From positions 900,001 to 932,000 of the forward strand of contig OZ252279.1 in assembly GCA_965250005.1 (NCBI GenBank): a DNA stretch of 32,000 nt. Reading direction: 5' to 3'. The number at the start of each line of letters is the position of its first letter. Position 1 is the first letter of the stretch. Made by a program: the position numbers and the translations under genes. Source of the stretch: Demequinaceae bacterium. GTDB lineage: Bacteria > Actinomycetota > Actinomycetes > Actinomycetales > Demequinaceae. Of the stretch, positions 8,047 through 15,300 are shown piece after piece. The notes beneath the pieces are model-generated. The model worked only from the letters and a program-made list of their open reading frames with translations. It did no database searches and was not told the DNA's origin.

Positions 8047-8969
8047 CCCGCTTCATTGACGAGCACAAGGGTCGTTTCGGGGTTGAGCTCATCTGCCGGG
8101 TGTTACGCGTGGCGGTTCGTGGATTTGTCACCTCGCGCGGTTATCGCGCCGCTAAGACGCGTCCACCGTCCGTGCGTGCCCTGCGTGATGGTCTGCTTGT
8201 GTCCGAGGTGGTCCGGTTGCATGCAGAGAACTACGGCGTGTACGGGAGGCGGAAAATGCATGCGCTGCTGAAGCGGCAAGGCTGGCAGGTTGGGCGGGAC
8301 CAGACCGAGCGACTCATGCGCTTGGCAGGTGTTCGGGGTGTGAAACGCTCGAAGAAAGTGTTTACGACCAAGAGTGATCCTGCTGCCGCCAAGCCGCAGG
8401 ATCTTGTGCAACGCCGGTTCACTGCACCAGCACCGCGCCGTTTGTGGGTCGCGGACATCACCTACGTCGCGACCTGGTCCGGTTTCGCTTACGTCGCGTT
8501 CGTCACCGACGTCTACTCACGCAGGATCGTCGGATGGAACGTCGCATCGACCCTGCAGACTGACATCCTGCCTTTGCGGACGCTCGACATGGCCGCCTGG
8601 GACGCGGCAGGCGACCTCGCTGGCCTCGTCCATCATGCCGACCACGGCTCAAACTATTTGGCTACGGTCTACACCGACCGCGTCATCGAGCTCGGTGCGA
8701 AACCTTCCACCGGCTCGGTCGGCGACTCATATGACAATGCCCTCGCCGAGGCCATCAACGGCCTCTACAAAACAGAACTCATCCGCCAGCAAGGGCCCTG
8801 GCGCACCGTCGAACAAGTCGAGTTCGCGACCCTCGAATACGTGTGGTGGTGGAACAACAAACGACTCCACGGCGAACTCGACATGCACACCCCCGTCGAG
8901 ATCGAACAGGCGTACTACGCTGGCCAAGAATCAACCCAACCGGCATCCGCCGGACAGGGAAACACCTAG
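8043..8969 (+). CDS. IS3-family transposase OrfB (DDE integrase core)
   Basis: 'RRLWVADITYVATWSGFAYVAFVTDVYSRRIVGW', 'LVHHADHGSNYLA', 'GSVGDSYDNALAEAINGLYKTELI'; ATGA overlap with OrfA. Confidence 0.96.
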   Translation: MTRFIDEHKGRFGVELICRVLRVAVRGFVTSRGYRAAKTRPPSVRALRDGLLVSEVVRLHAENYGVYGRRKMHALLKRQGWQVGRDQTERLMRLAGVRGVKRSKKVFTTKSDPAAAKPQDLVQRRFTAPAPRRLWVADITYVATWSGFAYVAFVTDVYSRRIVGWNVASTLQTDILPLRTLDMAAWDAAGDLAGLVHHADHGSNYLATVYTDRVIELGAKPSTGSVGDSYDNALAEAINGLYKTELIRQQGPWRTVEQVEFATLEYVWWWNNKRLHGELDMHTPVEIEQAYYAGQESTQPASAGQGNT

Positions 8970-8991
8970 GAACTAAACCCAGGCCAAATCA
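8969..8991 (-). repeat. Right terminal inverted repeat of the IS3-family element
   Basis: GGAACTAAACCCAGGCCAAATCA pairs with 7688-7710. Confidence 0.85.
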
Positions 8992-9075
8992 CTTGCTACA
9001 AAAAGCGAGCCAACGCCTGTTGCCTCCAGTTTTGGAAGTTCCGCATGGCCGCATGGCCGCAGCTACGCGGTGTTA

Positions 9076-9345
9076 TCAGTCGCCAGTGTCGAACGTCCGA
9101 GGCGGATCTTGGCGCAGCAGCAGGTACGCAGCTGCAACCGAATCCGCGAGAACTGGCGCCGCACCGGGATACTCAGCCTCGACAACCCGCATCACGGCTC
9201 CAGCCGACTCCGCCCCTCGAACAGCACTGGCAAGTCGGTTCGCTTCCGAATCGTACTCGTCCAGAGGTGCAGACACTGTGCGCCCCATGTCCGCCGGGTC
9301 AACCAGGTAAAGAAGGCGGCTTACCAAGCGCGCGAAATTGTCCAT
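9076..9345 (-). CDS. Small acidic protein, candidate immunity protein to the adjacent YD-repeat toxin
   Basis: MDNFARLVSRLLYLVDPADMGRTVSAPLDEYDSEANRLASAVRGAESAGAVMRVVEAEYPGAAPVLADSVAAAYLLLRQDPPRTFDTGD; starts 18 nt after the toxin-gene stop with GGGAGG upstream; 'DP...DEYDSE' pattern recalls small immunity-type proteins. Confidence 0.5.
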   Translation of the reverse strand: MDNFARLVSRLLYLVDPADMGRTVSAPLDEYDSEANRLASAVRGAESAGAVMRVVEAEYPGAAPVLADSVAAAYLLLRQDPPRTFDTGD

Positions 9346-9363
9346 GGGCAAACTGCCTCCCTA

Positions 9364-12300
9364 TTAGGCATCATTAAGGATACTCAGAATCTTCGACTCG
9401 AACTCAGCTCTGGTCCAAACTGTCACGACCGCCCCCGATTGATCGAGTACGACAGCGGCCTGGTCTGTCAAGTAGAGGTACTTTCCGTTGGATTGCTGGA
9501 GGACCACGCGCGGCGAGCGCACCGTTTCAACGATCAGCGAAGGCGACGCGCCCCGTTCGATTGCGCGATTGAGAAAGTGAAATGGGTCCTTCGGGTTCGC
9601 GTGGGATATACCTGTGATGTTTAGGAACGGCGGCTGGACCACCTTGCTCGTTCCGTTCGCATACATCTGCCCTAGATTTCGCGGGGCGTAGAGCGCGGTC
9701 TTAGCAAGAGTGTCAACGATAACTCCGTCGGAGCCCGCGATGAACCGAGCGGCTGGCTGCGTGGTAACGGCACCGCCAGGCACCGCCGCCGCCGCAGGAC
9801 GCGCGACGCTAGCGACGCGTGCGGCTTCCGCTATGCGGGCGGCTTCGGCGACTCGCGAAACTTCGACAGTGCGAACAAGTTGGGCGGTTCGTGCTGTCGC
9901 AGCTGCGACCTCGACGCCTCGAGCAACCCTTGTGCCAGCAGCGGCCAGGCCTCCAGGGACGAAGAACAACCCAGCTAGCGCTACCCCCTCGCCGACGCCT
10001 TGACCACACTTATCAAACTGGCCATCCCGGCACGCATCCAGAGTCGGGCCGAACGTGTAGTCCCGGTAGACTTGATATCCGCTGTCCCAGTAATCGCCGA
10101 TGGACGCATCCCCGGAGAACACGTCCTCCAGAACGTCATTGTGTTCTATCGCCCTAAGTGCCAACCCCATCGCCAAGTCTCGCGCCTCGTCGCGTGCCTC
10201 CTGGGAACACGTCTGCATGCCGGACCACCCGCCGGCAATGCACTTCACATTCTCCACCAGCATTGGGTAGGGGGTGAGGCCTGCAAGTACCTTTCCAACA
10301 CCAATAGCCCCATTTCTCAGAAAGGTGACCGCGTTGTAGACAACCAGGCTCTCGTTCTCCACCCGAATGGCGAGCTGCTCTGCTTCCCACTTCAGATGAA
10401 TGTCTTGACGCTCCAACGCCTTCAGGTAATCTTCGTGAGCTTCCCGATAGGCCTTAGCCTCACGCTCGTAAACAGCTTGCTGGAAGTGAACACCACCCAC
10501 ACCGGTTGCCATTTGGCTCGCAATCGGCGCCAACACGGCTCTGACCGCTGGATCCAAGTTCGCGGTCAAGTTGTTGTAGATCTTCAACATGTCCGCGGCC
10601 GACGTGCCCTGCAAGTGGTTGACCGCAACACCGTAGAGGTTTCCAAGTGAACCCAACGCAGACTGCAACTGTGCATTCAACGCCGCCAACTGTTGTGCCC
10701 GCAGTGCGGCTGCTGCGCGAAAGAATCCGAGGATGTCGATATATGTTTCGGGGGCACCCTCAACATAGGTGTACCGGTTCAGGGACGATGCACGTGTGAC
10801 CGTGCCGCGGTAGCGGTCATCCTGGACCCACACCCGAGAACCAATGTCATAAGACCTCGACGCAAACTCGAGCAACCCTGCCGTATCGACTTGACCGGTG
10901 AACCCCGTCACCGTGTCTTGGGACGTGTCTGTCAGCAGGTCACCGAAGTCACCGTAGAGCGCAAGATCCGCAGAAATCACCCCATCAGAGGCGGTCGTCA
11001 CAGCCGATCCCAGCAGGTCCGCCAGCACATCCACCGTCTGGATCGAGGTCGTGGCGTTCTTGCCCTTGCCCGACGTCACCATCGTGGCCTCAAACAACAC
11101 CGCACCACCCGGGCCACGTGTGAGCTGCGTGTCGCCGTCACGGACCACTGAAAGCCCGTCATACAGGCGGGTGCGGTCCGTGCCGTCTTCAGACACCTCA
11201 AGAGCCCGGCCAATACCGTCACGGCCATAAGCCACGTCCGTGTCGCCACCGGCTACTGAACTGACCAGATCGCGACCATCATACGTATACGCCACATCGG
11301 AAACCGTGTGCGTCTTCTTACCCGACGTCGTGGTCGTCAACGCCTGCGTGCGGTTACCCCGTGCGTCATACGTGTACGCCGTGGTCTCCGTCTTGGACGC
11401 CGGCATCACGGCCGGGTCCATCGCAGATGACGTCAGTTGGTTGATCGCGTTCACAGAGCGGGTGACGGTGTAACCGTCGTTCTTCTTGTTGGTCGACAGG
11501 TCCTCAGAGACCGCCTCAAACACCATGTTCGAGGCCGCATCCCACCCATAGGACGCCACATAGTCACCAGTGACGGACTCCGTCAAACGACCCAGCTCAT
11601 CATGCGTGTAGTCCGTGAGCGTGGATGCCTCATCCGTGGACAGCTCCCGCTCGTCCACCAGGCCACGCGCGTCATACGCATACTCGAACGCCAACGTCCC
11701 AGTCGAACAACCCGCAGGCTGCTGATTCGGGTGACCATTACCGTTGTCCTTGCAATGCCCAAACGCATTCCCCGGAGCCATCGAAGACGGATTCACCTCA
11801 CCCGAAGGCAACTTATTACCCACAACACCCTCACCGGCGTGAACAATCGCCGTCACCCGACCCACCAGGTCGCGCGAAATCTCTGTCTCCACACCCGACG
11901 GGCGGAGGATACCGACCAAGGCACCAACCTCGTCGTAACCAAACGCGGCGACACCGTTCGCATCCGACTGCGACACCGCAAGGTTGCGCGCATCGTACGT
12001 GCGCAGCAGCGAGCGGCCATCGTCGTACGCCACCCGCGTCTGATTGCCTGCGAGGTCGTACTGGTTCGTGTTCTTCTGGCCAAGCGCGTCCACGGCGACC
12101 GTGACCCGTGAGGCCCAGTCGTACGTCCACGACGAGGTGCCGAGATCGTCGGTCATCGACGTGCGGTTGCCCAGCGCGTCAAAGCCGGATGTCACCGTCT
12201 GGTCCGGATACGCGACCTCAACCGCGTAGCCATCAGCCGAGAACGTGGTGGCCGTCACCGAACCGTCCGGTGCGGTCACCACGGACGGGCGGCCCAGGGC

Positions 12301-15300
12301 GTCGAAGTCGACGGTGCTGGTTTGACCGAGCGCGTCTGTTTCTGTCTCCACGCGGCCGAGCGCGTCGCGCACAAACGTCGTGGCGTTGCCGCGCGGGTCG
12401 ACTGTCGCGACTGCGTCGCCGCGGGCGTCGTAGCTCACCGAGGTCGTCACGTTGACGGACTCGCTGGACGGCTCGGCCGGCAAGAAGTTCTCGACTGTCT
12501 CGGTCAGGAGGTTGCGCACGTCATAGGTGAAGTGGGTAGCGATACCCGAGGGGTCTATCGCTTCGGTGATGTTGCCTGCCGTGTCGTACGCCTGCGTGCG
12601 GGTTTCGCCTTCGGCGTTGGTGGTTGACACGAGCCTGTTCATCACGTCATAGACGAACCCGGTGGTCCCACCGCGGGCGTCCGTCGTTGACAGGCGGTTG
12701 CCGCCCGCGTCGTAGGTTGCGGTCGTGGCGAAGCCTGCTGCGTCGAGGACGAGCGTCGGGCGACCAAGCGCGTCATATGTGACGGCGGTGGTGTTTCCTC
12801 GGGCGTCGGTCGTGGCGACTTCGCGTCCCAGGGCGTCGCGCGCGGTCTCAGTACGGCCGCCGTCAGGGAGCACCGTAGCAATCGCGCGGCCTGCGGCGTC
12901 GTATTCGGTGGCAAGGACATCGCCGAGCGCGTTGGTGATTGAGGTGGTGTTTCCGTTGGCGTCGTAGCCGTACTGGCTTGTGGCGCCTTCGGGAGTGGTC
13001 ATGGTGACCATACGCTGCATGGCGTCGTAGGTGTACGCGGTGGTGTCGCCTAGGGCGTTGGTGGATGTAATCATCTGTCCGAGCGCGTCGTAGGCGAAAG
13101 TGCTCTGGGAGCCGACGGCGTTGACCACGGCGACGGGGCGCGAGGCCGCATCGTATTGCGCTGTTGAACGGGCGCTGAGGGGGTCAACCGAAGCCGTGAC
13201 GTTGCCGCGCGAGTCGTACTCGGTGAGCCAGCGTTCACCCGCGGTATCAACGCTCGCGACCTGAAGGCCACGCGCGTCGTATTCGTAGGACATCGCGTTG
13301 CCGCGCTGATCGGTTGACGTCACCTTCAGGCCACCGGCGTCGTAGACGTTGCTGGCGGTGGTGCCATCCGCGAACGTCGATCCGACCGGACGCCCGAGCG
13401 AGTCGTACGTAAGGGACGTAGTCTGGCCGAGCGCGTTTGTGGTGGACGTGCGCGCACCGATTGCGTCGTAGGTGAACGTCGTGGCGCCAGCCAGCGCATC
13501 CGTCAGGCCGACTATGCGCGACAGTGCGTCATAGGTCGCCTCAGTCCGGTTCCCTAGTGGGTCCACCGTTGCGGTCGCGTTGCCTAGCGCATCAAATTCG
13601 GTGGCCCATGTGCCGCCAAGGGTGTCTGTGCGCGACACCATGCGGTCCAGCGGGTCAAGCAGGTAGGTCTCCGTGAAGCCGCGCTGGTTGGTAAACGAGG
13701 TCACGTTGCCGTTGGCGTCGTATCCGTACGCCACTGCGGCGGTGTCCGGGGTGGTGACCGTGACCATGCGCCCCATCACGTCAAATGCGTACTCGACCGT
13801 GTTGCCGAGCGCGTTCGTCGCAGACGTCATCTGCCCTGCAGCGTCGTATGTGAACGCGGTGCGTGCGCCCACCTGGTCGGTGGTCGCTACCCGGCGCGAG
13901 AGTGCGTCGTAGTCAAACTCGGTCCGCCCGCCGGCGGGGTCGATGTTCGCCACTAGGTTCCCGCGCGAGTCGTACTCGGACAGCCAGCGTTCGCCGGCCT
14001 CGTCCACCATCGCCGTTTGCATGCTGCGGGCGTCGTACTCGTAGGCGGTAGCGAATCCGCGCGTCCCCACCGTCCCGACCGCTAGACCGCGGGCGTTGTA
14101 CGTGGTGCTGGCCGTGGAGCCGTCCGGGTACGTGGTGCGGGTGAGGCGACCGAGCGCGTCGTACGCGTAGTTGACGGCGTTGCCGTTCTTGTTTGTCTCC
14201 GAGGTGGCGCGGCCTACCGCGTCGAACGTGAAGGTCGCGTGAGCGCCGAGCGCGTCAGTGGTCGCGACCAGGCGCGAAAGCGCATCGTATTCGATTTCCG
14301 TGCGGTTGCCGAGCGCGTCAACCGTCGCGGTCGTGTTGCCAAGCGCGTCGTATTCGGTGCGCCAAAGGTTGCCGAGCGCGTCGGTCATGGAAACCTCGCG
14401 ACCGAGCGCGTCCAGTTGATACGTCTGCGTGAAGCCGCGAGCGTTAGTGGCCGACACGAGCCGGCCGTTCGCGTCGTAACTGTAGAAGCGGGTCTCGCCG
14501 TCCGGCGTGGTCACCGACTCCAGTCGGCCCATCGCGTCGTAACTGTAACTCGACGTGCGGCCAAGCGCATCCGTTTGGCTCCCAGCGGCACCGCCGGGTA
14601 GGTACGTGACAGTGTCGGAATTGCCGAGTGCGTCGGTGAACGTCACCGGGCGCGACATGGCGTCGAACGCGGTCGCGTTGCGCGCGCCGCTTGGGTCGAT
14701 TGCTGCGACGGGGTTGCCAATCGCGTCGTATTCCGTGAGCCACCGCTCGCCTGCCTCGTCCACCATGACGGTGGCGCGGCCCAGGCCGTCGTACTCCCAC
14801 GTGCGGCTCGTGCCGTCCGGGTTGGTCTGCGCGACCATGCGGTGCTCCGCGTCGTACGCGTACTCCATGCGTGAGCCGTCGGCGCGGTTCGCTGCGGTGA
14901 GCTGGAGGTTGACGTTGTATTCGTAGGTTGCTGTTTCGCCAGCCTCGTTAGTTTCACTCACGAGCGAGTCGTTGACGTCATAAACAAACGTGGCGACGCC
15001 GCCGAGGGCGTCGAGGGTGCTGATCAGGTTATCGGCAGCGTCGTACGCAAGAGTGGTCAGGGCGCCCTTCGCGTCGGTGACCGACGTGAGGCGGTTCGCC
15101 AGGTCGTACGTACGTGCCGTGACGTGGCCCAGCGCATCCGTAGAGGTGACAGAGTTTCCCCGCCAGTCGTAGGCCATAGTGGTCACGCCGCCGGTCGCAT
15201 CCGTGATGCTTGTCATATCGCCGTGCGCGTCGAAGGACGCATACGTGACGGTGCCGTCGGGCAAGTGAGTCTCGGTGGCGCGGCCGTCCTCGTTGAGGAC

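Larger units (their letters stand above)
7688..8991 (+). mobile_element. IS3-family insertion sequence, about 1.3 kb
   Basis: Encodes OrfA and OrfB. Imperfect terminal inverted repeats TGATTTGGCCTGGGTTTTGTTCC (7688-7710) and GGAACTAAACCCAGGCCAAATCA (8969-8991); the inverted repeat extends weakly outward to GCAA/TTGC. No obvious 3-5 bp target duplication. Confidence 0.85.

Noticed and set aside
9044-9062. GCATGGCC tandem duplication (GCATGGCCGCATGGCCGCA)
   Set aside because: Only two short copies in noncoding sequence beyond the immunity gene stop; likely slippage with no evident function.
9710-12967. Numerous + strand ORFs (e.g. 10000..10650, 10693..11151, 11437..12111)
   Set aside because: All are antisense shadows of the YD-repeat gene and translate to low-complexity Arg/Val-rich sequence; the minus frame has coherent YD motifs throughout.
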